A stretch of DNA of 37,198 nucleotides. Origin: a virus (taxonomy: Duplodnaviria > Caudoviricetes). Of this stretch, positions 6,491 to 15,268 are shown piece by piece. The position numbers and the translations under genes are program-made. Position 1 is the stretch's first letter, and each line of letters begins with the position of its first letter. A model generated the notes under the pieces. It ran no database searches and was not told the origin of the DNA. It saw nothing but the letters and a program-made list of their open reading frames with translations. The stretch lies in IMG/VR virus record IMGVR_UViG_3300020045_003443, positions 1 to 37,198 of that record; one strand, given 5' to 3'.

Positions 6491-7290
6491 TGGATATTTT
6501 CAAACATTTAAAAGATAATAAAGCTGCTTTGATTTCTGAAAAGAAGTTTAAGGTTAAAGAAGCTGATGCTATTATTTATACTCCTAGCGCAACTACCTTA
6601 AAAGGCGAGGCTGTTAAGGCTGATAACGATGTTAATTTATTAGAGTTAGATAATATCAAAGTAAAAGTAGTGATCAATACTACTAATATTTTAGATTCAC
6701 ATGGTGACGTTCATATTAAAGGCATTTGGAATAAATCATTAAAGGAACAAAAGAGCCTTTATTTATTGCAAGAGCATCAAATGACATTTAGTAAAATTAT
6801 TACTGATGACTTAACAGCATCGGTTAAAACTATGTCATGGTCTGAATTAGGTTTTGATAAATTAGAAGGTGACACACAAGCGTTAATATTCGAGGCTAAT
6901 GTAAGTTCTAAACGTAATGAGTTTATGTTTGAACAGTACGCTAAAGGTTATGTTAAAGAACATTCAGTTGGTATGCGTTACATAAACATTCTATTATGTA
7001 TCAATTCAGACGAGAAATATTATAGAGAGGAAAAAGATAACTGGGATAAATACATTGTTGAAGTTTCAAATAAAGAAGATGCAATAGCTCAAGGTTATTT
7101 TTGGGCTGTTACAGAAGCTAAGATTATTGAAGGCTCGGCAGTTGTTAAAGGTTCTAATTATGCTACTCCTACTTTATCAGTAAAAGAAAATACGGAGCCG
7201 GTTACTACCACTCCTAAAACAGAGCCGCCTACAAGCACTCAACTAAACAAAACAAAAAAAGAAAACCTAATTAAATTATTAAACAACTAA
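6490..7290 (+). CDS. HK97-type prohead protease
   Basis: LDSHGDVHIKGIWNKSL; catalytic-type His (QEH); HSVG; EGSAV. Confidence 0.88.
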   Translation: MDIFKHLKDNKAALISEKKFKVKEADAIIYTPSATTLKGEAVKADNDVNLLELDNIKVKVVINTTNILDSHGDVHIKGIWNKSLKEQKSLYLLQEHQMTFSKIITDDLTASVKTMSWSELGFDKLEGDTQALIFEANVSSKRNEFMFEQYAKGYVKEHSVGMRYINILLCINSDEKYYREEKDNWDKYIVEVSNKEDAIAQGYFWAVTEAKIIEGSAVVKGSNYATPTLSVKENTEPVTTTPKTEPPTSTQLNKTKKENLIKLLNN

Positions 7291-7300
7291 AAACAACATA

Positions 7301-8755
7301 ATGAAAAAAAATCCAATGATCCGTTTTAAGGATGTAAAACAACACAACAAGGTAAAAAAAGCGGCAAAGATTTTATTTGCTACCATTGCAATCGCTTTAA
7401 CTTTTGGCTTTTATGGAGCTGATTTTTCTAAGATTAATAAATCAGATGTAGCAACTGGATTAACAGTAGCAGCATTGCCTTTATTTATGATTAAAGGCGA
7501 GTTCAAAGAATTAAAAGGTGAGGAATGGGAAACATTCAAAACAGAAGCAACAGCAGAAGAAATGGCTGAGTATTTCGCAGCTAAAAATGAAGATGCAAAT
7601 AAAAAGATGAATGCTTTAATTGAAAGCAAGGCATCTAAAGAAGATATTGAAGCATTACGCAAAGATATTTTAGCATCTAATAACGAGATAATGAAAGCCG
7701 AAGTAATCCGTTTAGCTACTGAGTTAAAAGCTCTTAAAGAAACTGGCACGCCTTCAACTGGAAAAGCATCTTTAAAAGATGAGTTTGCAGCTAATAAAGA
7801 AGAATTAAAACGTATTGCTAACAAAGTATCTGAAAAAGAAGTTACTATTAAGGCATTAACTTTACGTTCTTTTATTGCTAACAACGAAACCGCTTATGAC
7901 TTACCAGAGATTGGTCAGTTAGCGCACCGTAAATTGTCTTTATATGACATTTTCCCTAAGTTAAATTTAGGAGCTGGTCAACATAACGGAACTATTCGTT
8001 ACTACGATTGGGATGAAGATACAATTGCAAGAGCAGCAGCAGCAGTAGCAGAAGGTGCAGCTTTCCCAGAATCAACTGCAAAATTCAAAAAAGGTTCAAT
8101 TACTTTACAAAAAATCGGTGACACATTACCAGTTACTGAGGAATTTTTCGAAGATGAAACTTTATTTGCTGCTGAGTTAGGTATGTTCTTAGAAACAAAC
8201 GTAGCTTTAGAAATTGACCGTCAGTTAGCAGACGGTGATGGTACTGGTAACACGATTACTGGTTTAAAAGCTAGTGTAAATGCTTACACATTACCTGGTG
8301 CTGGTTCTATTGTTGATCCAACTATCTACGATTTACTTGTAAAAGTATCTGAGCAAATCACTTCTACTGGAGGTGCTAAATATCAACCTGACTTTGCGGT
8401 AATGAATATTGTTGACATCAACCGTATGAAATTATCTAAGGATGCAAACCAAAACTATATTTTACCTCCATTTGTAAGTCGTGACGGTTCTCAAGTAGCT
8501 GGTATCGTAGTAATCGAATCAAACATTATCACAGCTAACACTATGGTAGTAGGGGATAGACGTTTTGCTCGTATCTATGAATTAGGTGGTATCGTATTAT
8601 CTAAAGGAATGGTTAACGCTCAATTCACTGAGGATGAGTTAACATTAAAAGCTCGTAAACGTTTAGCGTTCTTAATCAGAGCAGCAGACAAAGGCGGTTT
8701 CAGAAAAGTAACCGACATCGATGCAGCTTTAGCAGCAATCACAGCAGCACCTTAA
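7301..8755 (+). CDS. Major capsid protein (HK97 fold) with a hydrophobic N-terminal leader and a coiled-coil delta domain
   Basis: VAEGAAFPES; KIGDTLPVTEEFFED; DRQLADGDGTGNTITGL; LSKDANQNYI. Confidence 0.93.
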   Translation: MKKNPMIRFKDVKQHNKVKKAAKILFATIAIALTFGFYGADFSKINKSDVATGLTVAALPLFMIKGEFKELKGEEWETFKTEATAEEMAEYFAAKNEDANKKMNALIESKASKEDIEALRKDILASNNEIMKAEVIRLATELKALKETGTPSTGKASLKDEFAANKEELKRIANKVSEKEVTIKALTLRSFIANNETAYDLPEIGQLAHRKLSLYDIFPKLNLGAGQHNGTIRYYDWDEDTIARAAAAVAEGAAFPESTAKFKKGSITLQKIGDTLPVTEEFFEDETLFAAELGMFLETNVALEIDRQLADGDGTGNTITGLKASVNAYTLPGAGSIVDPTIYDLLVKVSEQITSTGGAKYQPDFAVMNIVDINRMKLSKDANQNYILPPFVSRDGSQVAGIVVIESNIITANTMVVGDRRFARIYELGGIVLSKGMVNAQFTEDELTLKARKRLAFLIRAADKGGFRKVTDIDAALAAITAAP

Positions 8756-8763
8756 TATTAATT

Positions 8764-8787
8764 AGCCCTCACTTAATTGTGGGGGCT
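8764..8787 (+). terminator. Post-capsid hairpin (attenuator or RNA stabiliser)
   Basis: AGCCCTCAC-TTAATT-GTGGGGGCT with a weak U tail. Confidence 0.6.
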
Positions 8788-8800
8788 TAATATAAACAAC

Positions 8801-9028
8801 ATGGCAAAGAAAGAAAAAACTAAACATTTCAGAGTGTTATTACTAACAGAAGATTTTGGTAATAATAAAGCTGGAGAAACTTTAAGAGTTGAAACAACAT
8901 TAGCAGCTCGATTAATTGAGCGTAACGTTGCTGTTTTAGAATCTAAAAAAGACGATGTTATTGTTGAAGTTAAGGTAGCAAAAGAAGTTAAAGTTAAACA
9001 ATCAAAAGAAAAACAAAAAAAGAAATAA
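8801..9028 (+). CDS. Small post-capsid protein (gpFI-like or bL9-N-like fold, Lys-rich tail)
   Basis: RVLLLTEDFGNNKAGETLRVETTLAARLIERNVA; typical position after the major capsid gene. Confidence 0.6.
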   Translation: MAKKEKTKHFRVLLLTEDFGNNKAGETLRVETTLAARLIERNVAVLESKKDDVIVEVKVAKEVKVKQSKEKQKKK

Positions 9029-9807
9029 TGAAAAAACCATTCTCAATACTTTGTTTATTCCTATTAGTAGGATATTCAAACGCTCAAGTCGTAACGGCTA
9101 TGACGAAATCGGCTGTAACTATGACAAATAGCACGGCTGTAACTGCAACGTTAAACACTAACTATGTAACAGAAAACCTATCTATCCAGGCAGTTGTAAC
9201 TAAGTCAACTGGAACTATTGCAGGAACAGTAGCGGTTAGTGCTTCGTTAGACGGCACAAACTATGTTGCATTAACAGCAAGTACAAGTACGTTAGCTTTA
9301 ACGGATCAAACAACTAATACTGCTATTTTTAACTACACTAAAAACCCTTATTTGTACTACCAAGTTACATTCACTGGTACTGGTACAATGGTTGCTACTC
9401 CTAGCGCATCTGTATTCTCTAGTGGTTTAAGTAATAAGCATGTAGTTAGCAATATGACAAGCAACGTATCATTAACAAGCGATACAACCGATAATACTGG
9501 CGTTTCTTACGTTGGTTTAGGTGTAACTAATTGGTATGATCGTGTAACAATTCAATCAGTAGTAACTAAAATTAGTGGTACAGTAGCTGGCACGGTTACA
9601 TTACAAGGTTCTATTGATGGAACTAATTACGTAACGGTTAACTCATCTTATGCAGATGTAACAAGCTATTCACCTACAAACGTAGCAACAAGTTCAAAGT
9701 TATTTGTAGTTACTGGTTCGCCTTATCGTTATTACAGACTTTCTTATACTGGAGCTGGCACGATGTCGGCATCTCATAGAGGTTATGTGTTACCGAGTAA
9801 GAACTAA
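9028..9807 (+). CDS. Signal-peptide protein with two tandem beta-sandwich repeats
   Basis: MKKPFSILCLFLLVGYSNA|Q; the repeat IQxVVTKxxGTxAGTVxxxxSxDGTNYV...YYxxxxTGxGTM occurs twice. Confidence 0.8.
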   Translation: MKKPFSILCLFLLVGYSNAQVVTAMTKSAVTMTNSTAVTATLNTNYVTENLSIQAVVTKSTGTIAGTVAVSASLDGTNYVALTASTSTLALTDQTTNTAIFNYTKNPYLYYQVTFTGTGTMVATPSASVFSSGLSNKHVVSNMTSNVSLTSDTTDNTGVSYVGLGVTNWYDRVTIQSVVTKISGTVAGTVTLQGSIDGTNYVTVNSSYADVTSYSPTNVATSSKLFVVTGSPYRYYRLSYTGAGTMSASHRGYVLPSKN

Positions 9808-9817
9808 TTAAACATAT

Positions 9818-9889
9818 TGCGTGATAGAGCAGGGGTAGCTCGTGAGATTCATTATCTCGAGGTCGGTGGTTCGAATCCATCTCACGCTA
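9818..9889 (+). tRNA. tRNA-Met(CAT), initiator-like but atypical
   Basis: Acceptor TGCGTGA/TCACGCT (1:72 mismatch); D arm GAGC/GCTC; anticodon arm TGAGA-TTCATTA-TCTCG; T arm GGTGG-TTCGAAT-CCATC. Confidence 0.88.
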
Positions 9890-9903
9890 CTAAATAAAAG
9901 CAA

Positions 9904-10419
9904 ATGGGAAAAATAGTTAAAACAACTGATTTTGTAGGTAAGTATAAAATATCACAAAACGGATTTAGCCAAACAGATTTGCAAGCGTTCATTGACAAGT
10001 ACGAGAAAGTATATATCAGACGTTTACTAGGTTTAGTAACTGGTGACTTGTTTTATGCTGACATAGCAGCATTAACATTTTTAGCACCTACTGACCCTAT
10101 TTATTCGGTTCTGTTTAATCCTATTGCAGAAGTTATTAATGGTTGTGAAATCATAAGTAATGGAGTAAAAGAAATGTTGCTAGGTTTTATCTACTGGGAA
10201 TACACACGTTTTGCAAGTACTCAAAATACTTTGAACGGTAATGTAATGCAGGAAAATGAAACGTCTAAGGCTATTGATTGGATGAGTACACCTATTTATG
10301 ATAATTATAACGAGGCGGTTAAATCTTATTCTGCTATTCAATATTTCATCAATAACGATACAACTGACTACCCAGATTATAACGGACAAACACTAGGTTA
10401 CGCTAATCCAATTATCTAA
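9904..10419 (+). CDS. Probable head-tail adaptor
   Basis: Position, size and helical pattern. Confidence 0.55.
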   Translation: MGKIVKTTDFVGKYKISQNGFSQTDLQAFIDKYEKVYIRRLLGLVTGDLFYADIAALTFLAPTDPIYSVLFNPIAEVINGCEIISNGVKEMLLGFIYWEYTRFASTQNTLNGNVMQENETSKAIDWMSTPIYDNYNEAVKSYSAIQYFINNDTTDYPDYNGQTLGYANPII

Positions 10420-11363
10420 TGACTGATAAACAAACATACGATAGACTTAAACCAATCATAAATTTGATTGATAAGACTGTTACGTGTCAATCAGTAACCG
10501 ATAATGGCGATGGAACTTATACGTTTTTATGTAATAAAACAAAGTGGGCTATTCCCTCATTTGATATTTCCATTTTAGGAAATGATTATAGGATTGTAGA
10601 AGTTGATTATAACGTGTCGATTAAAGTTAGTGGCACTGTATTACCAAGTGTGTTAACATTCGATTTGTACGTGCCTATTTTCAAGCATGGAACGATTAGA
10701 GTAGTAGCTAGTGAATTAAATAAAGTAACGAACCATCTTGAACGTTTACCATTGATTTATTTAAAGGAACAAATTACTGAAAAGTTACATTTTGATTCTT
10801 TAGATACATTGGATAGTGAGCCAGATGTTACGCTTTACTTCTTAACTCAATGCGATAATTCAAATTGGACACAAGAAGATGGCGATACAAAAGGAATTGC
10901 TCCGATGCGATCACTAGCAAATGAGTTTATCAAAGTATTGGCTAATAATCAATATGTGGCACCATTAACATCTACTGGAGATTTAAGAAACTACAACATA
11001 TTTGGTAATGTTCAAGATAATGGAACAAATAAAAACATATTTAACGAGCCGTTGGCAGGAGTAGGATTAAGAATTACAATACCATTTTTAAAAGAATGTG
11101 ATTGTTGCATAAATCCAGCTTTAGATACTCGACCTGCTCCAGGTTATGTAATTGATGGTGACGGTAATGTTTTAGCGGTTCTTTATTCCAATGAATATTA
11201 CGTGTCAACTGGTGGCGTTTGTGCTGGTGTAACAATAACAGACCAATTTGATAATATACTTTCAACAGTTGCAAGTGGTGGAAACTACGATATAACAGTA
11301 CTTACAGAAATAAGAGATACAATAGACGGTAACACGTCAACGATTATAGATAATTTAAATTAA
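10419..11363 (+). CDS. Probable neck or tail-completion protein with extensions
   Basis: Sits before the tail tube gene; RLPLIYL motif typical of tail terminators. Confidence 0.45.
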   Translation: MTDKQTYDRLKPIINLIDKTVTCQSVTDNGDGTYTFLCNKTKWAIPSFDISILGNDYRIVEVDYNVSIKVSGTVLPSVLTFDLYVPIFKHGTIRVVASELNKVTNHLERLPLIYLKEQITEKLHFDSLDTLDSEPDVTLYFLTQCDNSNWTQEDGDTKGIAPMRSLANEFIKVLANNQYVAPLTSTGDLRNYNIFGNVQDNGTNKNIFNEPLAGVGLRITIPFLKECDCCINPALDTRPAPGYVIDGDGNVLAVLYSNEYYVSTGGVCAGVTITDQFDNILSTVASGGNYDITVLTEIRDTIDGNTSTIIDNLN

Positions 11364-11387
11364 TAATAACAACTAAAAAATAAAACA

Positions 11388-12335
11388 ATGTCAAGTTTAG
11401 TATGCGACTGCGATGACGCAGGTTTAACAAACACGGGTGCGCCTAGTTGCATCCCAAAATTCGGGGTAACTAAAAAAATTATCATGGTTCCGTTAACAGC
11501 GAACGATGGTACTTTGAACAGTATTGACTTAACAGCGACTATTGACGCTACTTATATCAATGCTAGAATTAACCATGCTGATAGTTCAAAACGTTGGTAC
11601 CCTATTTCTGGCGACATTAAAAACGTTGCTAAAACTAAATCAGAAAGTACTAAACAAACTTATGACGATGGTTCGGTATTCCCTATCCAAGCTGGTGTTT
11701 ACTCATTTACTGGAATTTTCCCTAACGGAAATCAAGTATTTGCAGGTATCTTAAACTCATCTCGTTGTACTCAGTTCGGTATCTTTGAAATTGATGCAAA
11801 TGGATCATTAAGAGGTTACACTAAAAACGAAGTAGATATTTTATATCCTACTCCAGTAAATAACAATACATGGGAACCAATTTGGAACGATGTAAGTGAT
11901 ACTGTTTTAGAAAACACTACATTAAACTTTCAATTTGATAGCAATATGCAACCAGAGTACTTACAAATTTTGTCAAGTGCTGATATTACTGGTATTAGCT
12001 TATTAAATGTTGCTGGTTTAGTTGACGTTTTAAGCACTAACGCATCATGTTCTACAACTGTTTTAGTTGTTAAATTAAGAACTAAATACAACACTCCAGT
12101 TAAAGGATTATTAATAACTGACTTCTACGATGTTGCTGGTGGTACAGCTTCAAAAGTATATAACGTAACGGATTCGGCTGCATTAGCCTTAACATCTGTT
12201 GTTGAAAGCCCTAGTGGAACTTATACGTTAACAATGACTGTTGCACAAACGGTAGCTGACGTAATAAGAGTTACACCAGTTAAAACTGGATTTGATTATA
12301 CTGCGGTTATTGCAAATACAGCAACAGTAGCTTAA
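11388..12335 (+). CDS. Major tail tube protein (C-terminal Ig-like extension)
   Basis: Cys-containing N-terminus (CDC...NTGAPSC); strong A-rich initiation region; followed by a terminator. Confidence 0.7.
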   Translation: MSSLVCDCDDAGLTNTGAPSCIPKFGVTKKIIMVPLTANDGTLNSIDLTATIDATYINARINHADSSKRWYPISGDIKNVAKTKSESTKQTYDDGSVFPIQAGVYSFTGIFPNGNQVFAGILNSSRCTQFGIFEIDANGSLRGYTKNEVDILYPTPVNNNTWEPIWNDVSDTVLENTTLNFQFDSNMQPEYLQILSSADITGISLLNVAGLVDVLSTNASCSTTVLVVKLRTKYNTPVKGLLITDFYDVAGGTASKVYNVTDSAALALTSVVESPSGTYTLTMTVAQTVADVIRVTPVKTGFDYTAVIANTATVA

Positions 12336-12361
12336 TAAATTAAATTAATTACAAACTAAAA

Positions 12362-12394
12362 AGCCTACTCATTAAAACGTGGGTAGGCTTTTTT
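12362..12394 (+). terminator. Intrinsic terminator
   Basis: AGCCTACTCA-loop-TGGGTAGGCT followed by TTTTT. Confidence 0.85.
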
Positions 12395-12407
12395 AATACA
12401 AAATAAA

Positions 12408-13163
12408 ATGGGTTTAATTACAGATACGGTAAGAGCAACTGGAACAAATGACGCTGGTTTAGCTGGTGCTTTAACAAGTGCATCAACTACGGATATTGGT
12501 GCAGCAACTGGTAATACGGTTGTGATTAATGGCACTACAACAATAACAAGTTTAGGTACAGCAAGTCAAGCTGGCGTAGTGCGTAGAATGATTTTTACGG
12601 ATGCTTTAATTCTAACCAATGGAGCTAACTTAATTTGTTTAGGTGGTGCAAATATTACTACAGAAGATGGTGATATCGCTGAGTTTTTAGCACTTTCAAC
12701 TACTCAATGGCGTATGGTTTCATATTCTAAATTAGGAGCTACAACAAACGGCTTAATTGATACAGATGGCGTTTTAAATTCTGCTATTACTAGCGATAAA
12801 TTAGCTGATGCTAGTGTTATTTATAGTAAAATGCAATCTAAAGTACAAACAACATTAACCGATGCAACTGGCGTATTATCGGCATCTGATTTTGTAAACG
12901 GTTTAATAGTTGGTACAATTACTGGAAATATTGTTAAAACAACTCCAACGGCTGCACAAATAATCGCTTTAGTACCAGGTTATCAAACGGGCACAAACTT
13001 TGAATTATTAATTGCTAAAACTGGAGCTTTTACTGTTCAATTAGTGGGTGGTACGGATGTAACAGTAGTAGGTGACGATAGCATTTCCGCTACAACTCCA
13101 CGCTCAGGAACATGGTTAGTAGTAATTACAAGTCCAACAACAGTTTCAATTTATAGAAAATAA
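12408..13163 (+). CDS. Virion decoration or fibre-like protein (two beta modules)
   Basis: SASTTDIGAATGN...GGANITT...WRMVSY module, then a TPTAAQII module; Thr/Gly rich. Confidence 0.6.
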   Translation: MGLITDTVRATGTNDAGLAGALTSASTTDIGAATGNTVVINGTTTITSLGTASQAGVVRRMIFTDALILTNGANLICLGGANITTEDGDIAEFLALSTTQWRMVSYSKLGATTNGLIDTDGVLNSAITSDKLADASVIYSKMQSKVQTTLTDATGVLSASDFVNGLIVGTITGNIVKTTPTAAQIIALVPGYQTGTNFELLIAKTGAFTVQLVGGTDVTVVGDDSISATTPRSGTWLVVITSPTTVSIYRK

Positions 13164-13167
13164 TATT

Positions 13168-13386
13168 ATGATAAAGTCAGGGAAAGCAAGCATTAACCCT
13201 ATTGAATGGGTAGGTAAAAGCAAAGAGGAATTTTTTGCAGCCGTAAAAGGTCATTTAGCGCACGATAAAAACGAAGTTTGGGAACAAGTACAAAAAGCAA
13301 TCGAAAATGAGAGCATTGGAAGCATTAGCGAATCGAATAAAGGCGATAACGGTACTAGAGGTTCTAAAGCATCTAAGCGAAACTAA
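13168..13386 (+). CDS. Small tail-region protein
   Basis: ORF track; operonic spacing. Confidence 0.5.
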   Translation: MIKSGKASINPIEWVGKSKEEFFAAVKGHLAHDKNEVWEQVQKAIENESIGSISESNKGDNGTRGSKASKRN

Positions 13387-13762
13387 AGAGTTTACCGATT
13401 TAATAATTGAGTTGAACACTCGTAAACAGTTATTTGAAAAGGGGGTTGATAGTACTGGTAGAAATTTAGAAGATATTGGTGGCTTTTACTCTTTTGAAAC
13501 GGTAAATATAAAACGTGCAAAAGGACAGCCAACGGATCGAGTTACTTTAAATGATACTGGTGACTTCTATAACTCGTTTAGGGTATTCTTTAACAATAGC
13601 GGATTTGTAATAACAGCCGATACGATTAAAGATACTGATAATTTAATTGAACGATGGGGAGCCGATATACTTGGATTAACAGACGAAAGTTTATCGCTAC
13701 TTAGAGAAAAAGGCAAACAAATTATTATACCATACGTGCGTAAAAAAATACTAACTAGATAA
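13307..13762 (+). CDS. Neck or tail morphogenesis protein (HK97 gp10-like)
   Basis: KRAKGQPTDRVTLNDTGDFYNSF; ILGLT. Confidence 0.65.
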   Translation: MRALEALANRIKAITVLEVLKHLSETKEFTDLIIELNTRKQLFEKGVDSTGRNLEDIGGFYSFETVNIKRAKGQPTDRVTLNDTGDFYNSFRVFFNNSGFVITADTIKDTDNLIERWGADILGLTDESLSLLREKGKQIIIPYVRKKILTR

Positions 13763-14076
13763 TGAAATCAATAGCAATTTTATCAGATACTAGAGCATCG
13801 GTAAGTCACTTTAATAAAATAAAAATGACTGGTACTAAGATTGGTATTAGTTGTGACGATAGTTTAGTAGTTGGTGGCACTCCTACTTATACTGTTTTAT
13901 GTTGTGCTTTTGACGGAGAAGAAGCCCAGTTTAGAGAATTATCGAGTGAAACTAATTTATTAGCATTATCAGAGTCCGTTAAATACAGTTCATTTAACTT
14001 TGCTTATTTAGGTATAAAATACACTCCAAATAGTGCTACTGGTACAGTTCAAATATATTTAAATACTACGACATGA
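13762..14076 (+). CDS. Small beta-rich structural protein
   Basis: Coupled ORF; YLGIKYT strand resembles the end of the repeats in ORF 9028. Confidence 0.55.
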   Translation: MKSIAILSDTRASVSHFNKIKMTGTKIGISCDDSLVVGGTPTYTVLCCAFDGEEAQFRELSSETNLLALSESVKYSSFNFAYLGIKYTPNSATGTVQIYLNTTT

Positions 14077-14822
14077 TTGATTTAGATAAGGATAATAAAG
14101 ATTTTTTTGTTGAAGTAGCAAAAGGGAATGTTCCTAAAAATACAATAATAGAGTTAACTGCTCGTAATTTAGCAGTAGGAACAGTAATAGAAGATTGCAC
14201 TCCTATGAGTGCTGTTTATGTAAGCCCTACAACTTATAGAACAGTTAGCACAGTAAGTTCTAGCGCAAATGACACCGCTGCTGGTACTGGTATGCGTACC
14301 ATGAAACACAAAGGAATAACTATAAATGGTTATGAGGAGGAAGTAATTACTTTAAATGGTACAACTCCAGTAGTTAGCACAAAGGCATACGCTTGTATTT
14401 TAGAAAGCGAGGGTGAAACGTGGGGTTCTGGATTAGCTAATGCAGGGACAATTACAGCTACTTCTACTACTGATTTAACTGCTCAAAATGTTATACCTAT
14501 TGGTTTAAACGAAATGTATAGTGGAATATTTATGTGTCCTATTGGATATAAAGCATATTTGTTTGATTGGCACGTAGGTTTTCAAAATACTAATGCTAAC
14601 ACCACATTAGATGCTACGCTATTAAGAAAAAAGAATTTCACTAGTGGATGGCAATATGAAGATTTTATACCACTTAGTTTAACTGGCTCAAGTAGTGACA
14701 ATAGAACATATAAAGGTGGTATGTTAATTAAGCCAGGTAGATTTATTAAAACACAAGTTATTAGTAGTGTTACTAATAGCGATTGCATTTCAAGTTATTC
14801 AATATTATTAGTAAAAGATTGA
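14073..14822 (+). CDS. Conserved-type phage structural protein
   Basis: SSSANDTAAGTG; EEVITLNGTTPV; NAGTIT. Confidence 0.6.
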   Translation: MIDLDKDNKDFFVEVAKGNVPKNTIIELTARNLAVGTVIEDCTPMSAVYVSPTTYRTVSTVSSSANDTAAGTGMRTMKHKGITINGYEEEVITLNGTTPVVSTKAYACILESEGETWGSGLANAGTITATSTTDLTAQNVIPIGLNEMYSGIFMCPIGYKAYLFDWHVGFQNTNANTTLDATLLRKKNFTSGWQYEDFIPLSLTGSSSDNRTYKGGMLIKPGRFIKTQVISSVTNSDCISSYSILLVKD

Positions 14823-14824
14823 TT

Positions 14825-15268
14825 ATGAAGTGTTACCAAGACATAGCGGATTTGCCAATTTATAACTGGTTTAAATGTATTGATACAAAAGATTACAGTT
14901 ATGTATTAGTTGAACGCAAAAAGTGTAACAGTGATGAATTATTAAAGTGTGAGTTAGTGTTTGGTGAGTTGTATTCTCAATTCTTAGATGAGTTTGGTGT
15001 ATCTGATAATTTACAAGCGATTATACGTTTACAGAATCAAATTTTAGTACATAAAATAGATTTAGTATTGACTGGTGACGCTACGAATGAGGTGTTTATC
15101 GACATCAAAGAAATTGAATTAAATAAATTACTTGAAGTAAAAGAGGTTAAAGGTAATAGCGCAAAGGTAGCAATCGAAAAGATGTTAGGTTTTGCTATTA
15201 ACGAGCGTACGGTGAGTGTTAAATCTTACTACGAATACATTAACGAATTAAAAAAAGAAAATGGCTGA
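14825..15268 (+). CDS. Probable tail assembly chaperone
   Basis: Immediately precedes the tape measure gene; DLPIYNW start; SVKSYYEY end. Confidence 0.6.
   Translation: MKCYQDIADLPIYNWFKCIDTKDYSYVLVERKKCNSDELLKCELVFGELYSQFLDEFGVSDNLQAIIRLQNQILVHKIDLVLTGDATNEVFIDIKEIELNKLLEVKEVKGNSAKVAIEKMLGFAINERTVSVKSYYEYINELKKENG

Noticed and set aside
13180-13186. GGGAAAG lambda-type slippery site
   Set aside because: It is read as GGG-AAA-G (wrong register for a -1 shift), lies at codon 5, and is not in the chaperone gene next to the tape measure.
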